Source of the DNA: Deltaproteobacteria bacterium
GTDB taxonomy: Bacteria > Desulfobacterota > GWC2-55-46
DNA length: 46,301 nt
Direction of reading: 5' to 3'
Assembly (NCBI GenBank): GCA_038043305.1
Contig: JBBTCG010000024.1
Span: forward strand, 1-46,301
Position numbers and translations under genes: made by a program. The notes under the pieces were generated by a model. The model was not told where the DNA came from, searched no databases, and saw only the letters and a list, made by a program, of their open reading frames with translations. Every line of letters starts with the position of its first letter. Positions within the stretch are counted from its first letter, which is position 1. Shown piece by piece: positions 35,261 through 43,980 of the stretch.

Positions 35261-36490
35261 ATGGGAAAAAGGGAAAATCTCATAGTCGGACTCGACATAG
35301 GCACCACCAAGATATGCGCCGTTGTCGGAGAGAAGACCAAGGACGGCATTGAGATAATAGGTGTCGGAAACCATCCATCCAAGGGTTTGAGAAAGGGCGT
35401 GGTGGTCAACATAGACTCCACCGTGGAGTCCATAAAGCGCGCGGTCGAAGAGGCGGAGTTGATGGCCGGGTGCGATATAAACAGGGTCTACTGCGGCATA
35501 GCGGGCGGGCACATAAGGGCATTCAACAGCCACGGGGTCATCGCCGTAAAGAACAGGGAGATAACTCAGGCCGACGTTGACAGGGTCATCGAGGCGGCGC
35601 AGGCCATAGTGATACCGCCGGACAGGGAGGTCATACACGTCATCCCTCAGGAGTTCATAGTTGATGATCAGGAGGGCATACAGGAGCCGGTCGGGATGCT
35701 CGGCGTAAGGCTTGAGGTCAAGGTGCACATAGTAACGGCGGCGGTTACGTCGGCTCAGAATATAATAAAGTGCGCCAACAAGGCGGGTCTTGACGTGGCC
35801 GACATCGTGCTCCAGCAGATAGCGAGCGCCGAGGCGGTCTTAAACTCGGACGAGCGGGAGATAGGCGTCGCGCTCGTGGACATAGGCGGCGGCACGACCG
35901 ACATAGCCGTGTACCACAACGGCGCGATAAAATACACGACGGTCATATCCCTTGGAGGCAATCAGGTTACGGGCGACATATCCGTGGGCTTAAGGACCCC
36001 GGTCTCTGAGGCGGAGAAGATAAAAAAGCAGTGGGGCTGCGCGGTTTCGGCGATGGTTCCAAAGGACGAGAGCATAGAGATTCTCTCGGTCGGCTCAAGC
36101 AGGCCGAGGTCCGTTTCAAGGTACACCCTGAGCGAGATAATCGAGCCGAGGATGGAGGAGATGCTCGAGCTTATAAAGCGCGAGATAATGAAGTCAGGCT
36201 ACGACAGCTTCATCACCTCCGGCGTCGTGCTCACCGGCGGGGCAGCAGCCCTTGACGGCATTACCGAGCTTGGGGAGCAGGTCTTCGGCCTGCCCGTAAG
36301 GCGCGGCTTTCCGGCGAACATAGGCGGGCTTACCGACGTGGTAAGAAGCCCGGCCTTCGCAACCGGGGTCGGCCTTGTCCATTACGGCAGCAAGCACTTT
36401 GCGGCAACACAGTTCAGGCGCGGCAGGGAGAACACCATCTTCAACAAGCTGAGCGCGAGGATGAAGATATGGATAAAGGATTTTTTCTAG
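35261..36490 (+). CDS. ftsA: Cell division protein FtsA
   Basis: LIVGLDIGTTKICAVVGE, the actin-fold motifs VDIGGGTTDIAVY and VLTGGAAALDGI. I prefer the ATG at 35261, 10 nt after AAGGAAGG. The track GTG at 35252 lies only 1 nt after the SD. Confidence 0.93.
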   Translation: MGKRENLIVGLDIGTTKICAVVGEKTKDGIEIIGVGNHPSKGLRKGVVVNIDSTVESIKRAVEEAELMAGCDINRVYCGIAGGHIRAFNSHGVIAVKNREITQADVDRVIEAAQAIVIPPDREVIHVIPQEFIVDDQEGIQEPVGMLGVRLEVKVHIVTAAVTSAQNIIKCANKAGLDVADIVLQQIASAEAVLNSDEREIGVALVDIGGGTTDIAVYHNGAIKYTTVISLGGNQVTGDISVGLRTPVSEAEKIKKQWGCAVSAMVPKDESIEILSVGSSRPRSVSRYTLSEIIEPRMEEMLELIKREIMKSGYDSFITSGVVLTGGAAALDGITELGEQVFGLPVRRGFPANIGGLTDVVRSPAFATGVGLVHYGSKHFAATQFRRGRENTIFNKLSARMKIWIKDFF

Positions 36491-36560
36491 CGTTGGCGTT
36501 TCACATCAAAGGATATTGCAAAACGGAGATGCATCGGTCTAACACAAGGAGGCGGACGAT

Positions 36561-37724
36561 ATGATTGAAATGGCTGACGGTTTCAACAAGGGCGCGAAGC
36601 TCAAGGTCATAGGCGTTGGCGGAAGCGGCGGCAACGCGGTGAACACGATGATAGAGAGCGGCCTTGACGGCGTTGACTTCATCGTGGCTAACACCGACGT
36701 GCAGGACCTGAGGAGGTCCCTTGCAAACGTGAAGATACAGCTTGGGGTTGAGCTTACCAAGGGTCTTGGCGCTGGGTCAAACCCGGAGGTCGGCAGGAAC
36801 GCGGCCATTGAAAGCAGGGAGACGCTCATGGAGGCGCTTGCCGGCGCGGACATGGTCTTCATCACCGCGGGCATGGGCGGCGGCACCGGCACAGGCGCGT
36901 CGGCCATAGTGGCCGAGGCCGCAAGGGCCACAGGCGCCCTTGTCGTGGCCGTGGTAACAAAGCCCTTTGCCCACGAGGGCACGAAAAAGATGCGCGTCGC
37001 CGAGGACGGCTTGAAGCGCCTCAAGGAGGCGGTTGACACGGTCATTACCATACCCAATCAGAGGCTTTTGTCGGTCGCTGAAAAGAGCACGTCGGTAAAG
37101 GAGGCGTTCAAGAAGGCGGACGAGGTTCTCTTTCAGGCCATAAAGGGCATCTCCGACATAATAACCGTACAGGGACTTGTCAACGTGGACTTCGCGGACG
37201 TAAGAACCATAATGGGCGAGATGGGGCAGGCGCTCATGGGTTCGAGCGTGGCCAGGGGCGAGAACAGGGCAATTGACGCCGCAAGAAAGGCTATTTCGTC
37301 GCCTCTCCTTGAGGACATATCCATCAGCGGCGCCAGAGGCGTGCTTGTGAACTTCACAGGCCCGATGGACTTAGGGATACACGAGGTCGAGGCGGCCATG
37401 AGCCTCATTCACGAGGAGGCGCACGCGGACGTCAACATTATCTACGGCATAGTCCTTGACGACAGCGTAGGCGAGGATCTGAGGGTAACTGTCATTGCAA
37501 CCGGGTTCGGAAAGAGCGAGGCGAGGGGACACCTCAAGGACGGCCTCCAACCGGCGCTTATACTCGGGGACGCGGATATGCCGTCTATCATGCGAAAAGG
37601 CGGGGACAAGCTGCCGGAGCTTAGGAGCGGCGAGATAAGAAGGCTCGGAAAGGCCGGCGGCTTCAACGTTGAGGACGAGGACAGGTACGATACGCCGACC
37701 TTCCTGAGAAAACAGGCGGATTAA
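36561..37724 (+). CDS. ftsZ: Cell division GTPase FtsZ
   Basis: KVIGVGGSGGNAVNTM, the tubulin signature GMGGGTGTGA and the C-terminal peptide DTPTFLRKQAD. AAGGAGG lies 8 nt before the ATG. Confidence 0.97.
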   Translation: MIEMADGFNKGAKLKVIGVGGSGGNAVNTMIESGLDGVDFIVANTDVQDLRRSLANVKIQLGVELTKGLGAGSNPEVGRNAAIESRETLMEALAGADMVFITAGMGGGTGTGASAIVAEAARATGALVVAVVTKPFAHEGTKKMRVAEDGLKRLKEAVDTVITIPNQRLLSVAEKSTSVKEAFKKADEVLFQAIKGISDIITVQGLVNVDFADVRTIMGEMGQALMGSSVARGENRAIDAARKAISSPLLEDISISGARGVLVNFTGPMDLGIHEVEAAMSLIHEEAHADVNIIYGIVLDDSVGEDLRVTVIATGFGKSEARGHLKDGLQPALILGDADMPSIMRKGGDKLPELRSGEIRRLGKAGGFNVEDEDRYDTPTFLRKQAD

Positions 37725-37785
37725 AGAGCGTCTTAATACATGCGAGGGCAGCGTTCGTATTCTACAAGCCGGCTGATTGTTCCCA

Positions 37786-37827
37786 ATTAAAAGTTTTTTG
37801 GCTTACCTTTTTTACAAAAAAGGTAAG
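37786..37827 (+). repeat. Flank-plus-hairpin repeat (family T), copy 1
   Basis: ATTAAAAGTTTTTTGG is followed by a perfect 12-bp stem, CTTACCTTTTTT-AC-AAAAAAGGTAAG. It is about 85 percent identical by eye to the reverse complement of 46181-46222. Confidence 0.75.
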
Positions 37828-37922
37828 TTGTAAATAGGCGCGTCTTATGCGATAATTCAACCTCATGGCCGCATGCGGCGCGGAGGTTAGAACTCATAAG
37901 CTGGAGGCTCAAAAACAAGGTT

Positions 37923-39614
37923 TTGAAGAGGCTGGACAAGGAGCGCGGACGGGTGCGTAAAGAGCACGGCGGCCGCCTTGCGGTCTGTCTTGTATACCCC
38001 AATGTTTATCCTCTTGGCATGGCCAATCTGGGCTTCCAGACCGCCTGCCATTTTTTCAACGCTCTGGACAACTGCGTGTGCGAAAGGGCGTTTTTGCCGG
38101 AGCCTTCGGATATTGAAGAGCACGCCCGGACAAACACGCCTCTTTTCTCTTATGAGAGTCAAACCCCGCTTAAGGAGTTCGACCTCATCGCCTTTTCCAT
38201 CCCATTCGAGCAGGACTACTTGAACATACCGGCGATACTCAGGATGAGCAACGTCAATCCAACGGCGCTCGAAGCCAAGAGCAAGGGCTGGCCAATGCTT
38301 ATGGCCGGAGGGGCCGCCGTATCATTAAACCCTGAGCCGCTCGCGGATTTTTTCGACGCATTCTTAATAGGCGAGGCCGAAGGCGCGGTGCCCGCGCTTG
38401 TTGAGCGTCTTTGGGCGTTGAAGAATATTGGGGCTGATAAAAAGGATACGCTGCTCGCGCTTGACGAGTTGGACTATGTTTACGTGCCGTCGCTTTATGA
38501 TTTCAGTTTCGAGGGCTTATCCGGCGATATAACGGGCGCAAGGCCGGTGAACGGCGCCAAGAACAAGGTTAGGGCGCGAAAGAACATGAGCCTGGACGCC
38601 TATCCCCTTCCATCGTCATTTATCACCGCGCCGGAGGCCGAGTTCTCAGGCGCGCATCTTGTCGAGATAGAGCGCGGCTGTCCAAGGGGCTGCAGGTTCT
38701 GCGCCGCCGGGTTTTTGTACCTGCCTCCGAGATGGAGGGATCCGGAAGAGGTGAAGGCCGTTGTAACCGAGGGCATCAAGCGGGTCGGCAAGGTCGGTCT
38801 CGTCGGCGCGGCGGTGAGCGAGTACCCGCATCTGAAAGACGTTCTCGACTGCGGGATGTTGCACAATGGCTCCATGACATTGTCGTCCCTGCGTCTTGAT
38901 ATGCTGGATGCGCCGCTCTTAGGAAAGCTCAAGGCCGCAGGCTATTCGACCATTACGGTCGCGCCGGAGGCCGGAAGCGAGAGGATGAGGGCCGTCATCA
39001 ACAAGGGACTCACCGAGGCGCAAATATCAGAGTCTGTCCGGCTCATAACCGAGGCCGGATTTACAAAGCTCAAGCTTTACTTCATGATAGGTCTTCCGAC
39101 TGAGACCGACGAGGACGTTGAGGCCATCGTTAACATGGCGCTCAACGCCCGGCGCATGATGAAAAAGGGCGCGCTTACGCTGAGCGTAAACTCGTTCATA
39201 CCAAAGCCTTTTACTCCCTTCCAATGGCACGGGTTCGAGGATACGGGATGCCTCAAGCGAAGGATCGCCATGATAAAAGACGGTTTGAAAAAAGAGCGCG
39301 GCATAACCGTTAACGTGATGCCGACGAATGAGGCGTTTGTTCAGGCGTATCTTGCAAGGGCGGACAGGAGGGCCGGAGGGATCATCAAACAGTCCGCTGA
39401 ACACGGTTTGAAGGCAACGGTGAGAGGGCATGTTGAACTGATGCGCTCATCGGTCTCATCATCAAGACAGCGGGACGCGATATTGCCGTGGGAGTTCATT
39501 GACCACGGCCTGTCAAGCGCGTATCTTTGGATGGAATATCAAAAAGGGCTTACAGGCGGCTCTACGCCGCCGTGCGACGTGGGCAGTTGTTTTAGATGCG
39601 GGGTGTGTGTTTAA
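37923..39614 (+). CDS. Radical SAM protein with an N-terminal B12-binding-like domain (TIGR03960-like), paralog 1, no DUF2344 domain
   Basis: EIERGCPRGCRFCAAG (CxxxCxxC), KLYFMIGLPTETDEDVEAI and a terminal Cys cluster PPCDVGSCFRCGVCV. It aligns motif-for-motif with the next gene. TTG start with a weak SD, so the start is uncertain. Confidence 0.7.
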   Translation: MKRLDKERGRVRKEHGGRLAVCLVYPNVYPLGMANLGFQTACHFFNALDNCVCERAFLPEPSDIEEHARTNTPLFSYESQTPLKEFDLIAFSIPFEQDYLNIPAILRMSNVNPTALEAKSKGWPMLMAGGAAVSLNPEPLADFFDAFLIGEAEGAVPALVERLWALKNIGADKKDTLLALDELDYVYVPSLYDFSFEGLSGDITGARPVNGAKNKVRARKNMSLDAYPLPSSFITAPEAEFSGAHLVEIERGCPRGCRFCAAGFLYLPPRWRDPEEVKAVVTEGIKRVGKVGLVGAAVSEYPHLKDVLDCGMLHNGSMTLSSLRLDMLDAPLLGKLKAAGYSTITVAPEAGSERMRAVINKGLTEAQISESVRLITEAGFTKLKLYFMIGLPTETDEDVEAIVNMALNARRMMKKGALTLSVNSFIPKPFTPFQWHGFEDTGCLKRRIAMIKDGLKKERGITVNVMPTNEAFVQAYLARADRRAGGIIKQSAEHGLKATVRGHVELMRSSVSSSRQRDAILPWEFIDHGLSSAYLWMEYQKGLTGGSTPPCDVGSCFRCGVCV

Positions 39615-39623
39615 TTGACCGAC

Positions 39624-42200
39624 ATGAACGACATAAACATAAAAGACCTTCTCACGCTGGTGAGAAAACCGTCGCGCTACATGGGCGGCGAGGTCAATTC
39701 GATAACGAAAGACCCGTTGTCCGTGCGTCTTAGGTTCGGTCTTGCCTTTCCCGACGCTTACGAGGTCGGGATGAGCCACCTTGGAATCCAGATACTCTAT
39801 CAGGCGCTCAACTCAAGGGACGACATTGCTTGCGAGAGGGTCTTTGCCCCGTGGCTGGACATGGAATCTCTCCTGAGAAAACTCGGACAGCCTCTGGCAA
39901 CGCTTGAGTCTGGCATCCCGCTTAACGGCCTCGACGTGCTTGGATTTTCCTTGCAGTACGAGCTGTCCTACACGAACGTGCTAAACATGCTGGAGCTTGG
40001 CAACATCCCTCTTCTTTCTTCAGGCAGGGGGCAGGGGCAGCCGTTCGTCATCGGCGGCGGCCCATGCGCCTTCAACCCTGAGCCGATCGCCGATTTTTTC
40101 GACGCCTTCCTTCTCGGCGACGGCGAGGAGGCAATAATCGAGATTGCCGAGGCGATTATCGCCTCTAAGGAGGCGGGCGAGGACAGGCAGATGACGCTGC
40201 AACGCCTTGCGGCAATACAGGGCGTGTACGTGCCGTCGTTTTTCAGCGTCTCGTACAACGCGGATTCTACGGTCAGGGAGATTCGCGCCCTTGAGAATGG
40301 ATACGAGCGCGTGGTTAAGAGAACGATAGCCGATATGAACGGCCTGCCCCGTCCCTCAAGGCCGGTTGTGCCGTTCATGGAGACGATCCATGACAGGGTA
40401 AGCGTCGAGATAAACCGCGGGTGCACCCGAGGGTGCAGGTTTTGCGGCGCAGGGAGCATCTACAGGCCGTCGCGTGAGAGAGAGCCGGATGACGTAATCA
40501 AGATAATTGACGAGACGCTCAGGAACACCGGCTATGACGAGGTGTCGCTCCTGTCCCTGTCAGCCGGGGACTATACGGCCATAGAGGAGTTGATGAGCGC
40601 CTTGATGCGCCGGTACTCATCCGACTCCGTGGCAATCTCTTTGCCGTCCATGCGCGTTGGCACGCTCTCCGCCTCCCTTGCCGCTGAGATACGAAAGGTC
40701 AGAAAGACCGGTTTTACGCTCGCGCCGGAGGCCGGAAGCGACAGGCTCCGCGTCCTTATAAACAAGGGTATAAACGAGGAGGATTTGAAAAGGTGCGCCA
40801 AGGACGTCTTCTCCCTCGGCTGGAAGGGTATGAAGCTGTACTTCATGATAGGCCTTCCGACTGAGACCGATGAGGACATATCGGCGATCGCCTCCCTTGC
40901 CGCGTGCGTCAGGGAGATAGGAAGGGCCGCCTCCGGCGGCAAGCCTCCAGAGATTTTCGTCTCTGCCGCCTGTTTCGTGCCAAAGCCGCATACGCCTTTT
41001 CAGTGGGAGCCGCAGTTGGCGCCGGACGAGTCCGCAAGGAGACTTTTTGGTCTTAAAAGGGAAGTGACGCGCCTCAAGCTTGGCTTCAAGTGGGGGGATT
41101 CCGGCATGAGCGTACTTGAAGGCGTGTTCTCAAGGGGAGACAGGCGCTTATCAAGCGTGATAGCCGTTGCCTTCAGGAAAGGGGCGCGGTTCGACGGTTG
41201 GACCGAACAATTTAACCTCAAGCTCTGGCAGGAGGCGTTTTTAGAGAGCGGCATTGATATGCGGTTTTATACCGAGAGAAGGCGCGGCTTTGACGAGGCG
41301 CTGCCGTGGGACCATCTCTCGTCAGGCGTTACAAAGGAGTTTCTTCGTAGGGAGTACGAACAGGCAATCAAAGGCGTTGAAACAAAGGACTGCAAGGTCT
41401 TCAACTGCACCAACTGCGGGGTCTGCGACCACAAGGTTATAAAGAACGTGTCCGCAAAAGAGGCGGTTGGGCCGGACAACGCGCCTGCCCGGCAACCGGA
41501 GGCTCTCGCGTACAGGTTGAGGTTCAGATTCTCAAAGACAGGGGATGCCCGCCTCCTTAGCCACTTAGAACTCATAAACGCGGTTGCAAGAGCCGCAAGA
41601 AGGGCGGCCATTCCGCTTGCTTACTCACAGGGCTTTCATCCGCTTCCGAGGTTGAGCTTTGCCTCGTCCCTTCCGGTCGGGCTTGAGAGCGATGGAGAGG
41701 TCATGGACATGGAACTGAGGCCGCATAACGGCAAGTTGAGCCCCTCAGAGGCGTTATCAAGGTTAAAGATGTTCAGTCCAAACCACATAGAGTTTTTTGA
41801 ATGTGAGGAGGTTCCCTTGAAATCAGGCTTCCCCTCTGCTATGATAACAGAGTATGTCCTATCGCTTGGCGCTGCCTCCAAAAGATTAAAAGCCGTCGGT
41901 TTACATATAAATTTTGACGATGTTGACGGGATTGTAAGGGATTTTCAGGCAAAAGACACGTGTGTCGTCCGCATTGAAAAGGCGGATAAGACTATTGGCA
42001 TAGACATAATGCCGATGGTTCACGAGCTGGAAGCCTTGGGCAACGGCCGAATAAGGCTTTTACTCAGGACAGGCGCGGGCTCCGGCGTCCGGCCGTTTGC
42101 CGTGGCTCAAGGACTTTTGAGCCTTTCCGCTGAAGCGGCCTCCCTGATTCCCATCCGAAAGATTCGCGGCACCTTTGACAGGGCCGCCCATTCGCTTTAG
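39624..42200 (+). CDS. Radical SAM protein (TIGR03960-like) fused to a C-terminal DUF2344/TIGR03936-like domain, paralog 2
   Basis: LLTLVRKPSRYMGGEVNS, EINRGCTRGCRFCGAG, KLYFMIGLPTETDEDISAI and the auxiliary cluster CKVFNCTNCGVCDHK. From about nt 41517 the DUF2344-like region reads YRLRFRFSKTGDARLLSHLELINAVARAARRAAIPLAYSQGFHPLPRLSFASSLPVGLES. An alternative TTG start lies at 39615. Confidence 0.75.
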   Translation: MNDINIKDLLTLVRKPSRYMGGEVNSITKDPLSVRLRFGLAFPDAYEVGMSHLGIQILYQALNSRDDIACERVFAPWLDMESLLRKLGQPLATLESGIPLNGLDVLGFSLQYELSYTNVLNMLELGNIPLLSSGRGQGQPFVIGGGPCAFNPEPIADFFDAFLLGDGEEAIIEIAEAIIASKEAGEDRQMTLQRLAAIQGVYVPSFFSVSYNADSTVREIRALENGYERVVKRTIADMNGLPRPSRPVVPFMETIHDRVSVEINRGCTRGCRFCGAGSIYRPSREREPDDVIKIIDETLRNTGYDEVSLLSLSAGDYTAIEELMSALMRRYSSDSVAISLPSMRVGTLSASLAAEIRKVRKTGFTLAPEAGSDRLRVLINKGINEEDLKRCAKDVFSLGWKGMKLYFMIGLPTETDEDISAIASLAACVREIGRAASGGKPPEIFVSAACFVPKPHTPFQWEPQLAPDESARRLFGLKREVTRLKLGFKWGDSGMSVLEGVFSRGDRRLSSVIAVAFRKGARFDGWTEQFNLKLWQEAFLESGIDMRFYTERRRGFDEALPWDHLSSGVTKEFLRREYEQAIKGVETKDCKVFNCTNCGVCDHKVIKNVSAKEAVGPDNAPARQPEALAYRLRFRFSKTGDARLLSHLELINAVARAARRAAIPLAYSQGFHPLPRLSFASSLPVGLESDGEVMDMELRPHNGKLSPSEALSRLKMFSPNHIEFFECEEVPLKSGFPSAMITEYVLSLGAASKRLKAVGLHINFDDVDGIVRDFQAKDTCVVRIEKADKTIGIDIMPMVHELEALGNGRIRLLLRTGAGSGVRPFAVAQGLLSLSAEAASLIPIRKIRGTFDRAAHSL

Positions 42201-42235
42201 TCTTGCAACGCTCAAGGCAAGAAAAAAAGGACTAC

Positions 42236-43714
42236 ATGACAACGGGAGTAAAAGAAATACTCATCAACACCAATCCGTTTGAAAAACGGGTTGCCATCGT
42301 CGAAAACGGAAGGCTTGTGGAGTTTTACGTGGAGAGGGCCAAGGACAGGGTCATCACCGGCAACGTCTACAAGGGCAGGGTCGTGCGCGTGCTTCCGGGG
42401 ATGCAGTCCGCGTTCCTTGAGGTCGGCCTTCAGAGGACCGCCTTTTTGCACGTGTCGGACGTAACTGAACCGTTCGACGACGATGACGACGACGAGGACG
42501 ATGACAAAGGCAGACGCAAGCGCAGCCTTCCGCGGATACAGGACGTGGTAAAGGAAGGCCAGGAGATGATGGTGCAGGCGGCCAAGGAGCCGATAGGCTC
42601 GAAGGGCGCGCGCCTTACCTCATACATATCCCTTCCGGGGCGCTACCTTGTGTTCATGCCCGCCTATGACAAGATATCCATATCAAGGAGGATATCGAGC
42701 GAGAAGGAAAGAAGAAGGCTGAGGGATATCGTGGCAACGCTTAAATCCCCCGGACACGGCTTTATCATACGCACGGTCTGCGAGGGCATGGCGCGCGAGG
42801 ACGTGCAAGCCGACATGGACTTTCTCGTGAGGCTGTGGAAGAGCATCCTGAAGAAAAAAGAGAAGGTGAGCACCCCCGGGGTTCTCTACGAGGAGCCTGA
42901 CCTGACGCTGAGGATAATAAGAGACCTGTTTTCAACGGGCGTGAAAAAACTCGTCATGGATTCCAAGGAAGAGTACGACAGGGCGATGAAGTTCGTGGAG
43001 GAGTTCATGCCCGCCCTTTCCGGCAGGGTCGAGCTCTATGAGGGCGAAGAGGAGATATTCGACGCGCACGGCATCGAGATTGAGATGACCGACGCCCTTG
43101 AGAAGAAGGTTTGGCTCCGCTCCGGCGGACATATCGTCATTGACCAGATGGAGGCGCTTACCGCCATAGACGTCAATACCGGCAAGTACGTCGGCAAGAA
43201 ATCCTCGGACGAGACGATCTTGAAGACCAATCTTGAGGCGGTAAACGAGGTAGTCTATCAACTGAGGCTCAGGAACATCGGCGGCATAATCGTCATAGAC
43301 TTCATTGACATGTCAAAGGCCGCTGACAGGGAAAAGGTCTATAACGCATTGAAGGACGCCCTGAAGGGCGACAAGGCGCGCACGAACATATTAAAGATAT
43401 CAGAGCTTGGCATCGTTGAGATGACGAGGAAAAGGATACGGGAGAGCCTCACGCAGTCGTTGTGCGCCCCGTGTCCGTACTGCGACGGAAGCGGGCTCGT
43501 CAAATCGCTTGACACCATAATGATGGACATATACAGGGACCTTGCAAGGGAGTTCAAGACCGGCGTAAACTTGAACCTCTACGTCAGCCCCGGCATAGCC
43601 GGGCATCTCAAGTCCGACAGGAGCGCCTTGGACGACCTTGAAAAGAGATTCAGGAAAAAGGTGCTCGTAAAGCAGGACGACTCCTTTCACCTTGAACGCT
43701 TTGAGATTGCTTAA
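42236..43714 (+). CDS. rng: Rne/Rng-family ribonuclease (RNase G-like)
   Basis: ILINTNPFEKRVAIVENGRLVEFYVER, the S1 domain GNVYKGRVVRVLPGMQSAFLEVG, the DNase-I-like region ALTAIDVNTG and the Zn-link CPYCDGSG. ATG at 42236 after AAAGGA. It contains an unusual poly-acidic insert. Confidence 0.88.
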   Translation: MTTGVKEILINTNPFEKRVAIVENGRLVEFYVERAKDRVITGNVYKGRVVRVLPGMQSAFLEVGLQRTAFLHVSDVTEPFDDDDDDEDDDKGRRKRSLPRIQDVVKEGQEMMVQAAKEPIGSKGARLTSYISLPGRYLVFMPAYDKISISRRISSEKERRRLRDIVATLKSPGHGFIIRTVCEGMAREDVQADMDFLVRLWKSILKKKEKVSTPGVLYEEPDLTLRIIRDLFSTGVKKLVMDSKEEYDRAMKFVEEFMPALSGRVELYEGEEEIFDAHGIEIEMTDALEKKVWLRSGGHIVIDQMEALTAIDVNTGKYVGKKSSDETILKTNLEAVNEVVYQLRLRNIGGIIVIDFIDMSKAADREKVYNALKDALKGDKARTNILKISELGIVEMTRKRIRESLTQSLCAPCPYCDGSGLVKSLDTIMMDIYRDLAREFKTGVNLNLYVSPGIAGHLKSDRSALDDLEKRFRKKVLVKQDDSFHLERFEIA

Positions 43715-43732
43715 AGGCCTTGACCGTGAACA

Positions 43733-43921
43733 ATGACCACGATACTTATGATATTGGGCGCGCTCCTCGTGCTTGAGGGCATACCGTACTTCGCCTTTCC
43801 GGTAAGGGCAAGGCGCTGGGCCATGATGGTGCAGGAGGTGCCTGAAAAGACGCTCCGCATAATGGGGTTTATCGCCATGCTTTCAGGGCTTGTAATACTT
43901 TTCGTCGTTAGGTTTGCCTGA
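43733..43921 (+). CDS. Small two-TM membrane protein, DUF2065 (YjeT)-like
   Basis: 62 aa: MTTILMILGALLVLEGIPYFAFPVRARRW...LRIMGFIAMLSGLVILFVV. This layout fits DUF2065. The ATG sits in a degenerate family-H unit. Confidence 0.5.
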   Translation: MTTILMILGALLVLEGIPYFAFPVRARRWAMMVQEVPEKTLRIMGFIAMLSGLVILFVVRFA

Positions 43922-43980
43922 TATGATAAACATCGGTATTCGTCAGCCCGTAAAGACCGTATACATGAAAGGCCGTAAAC

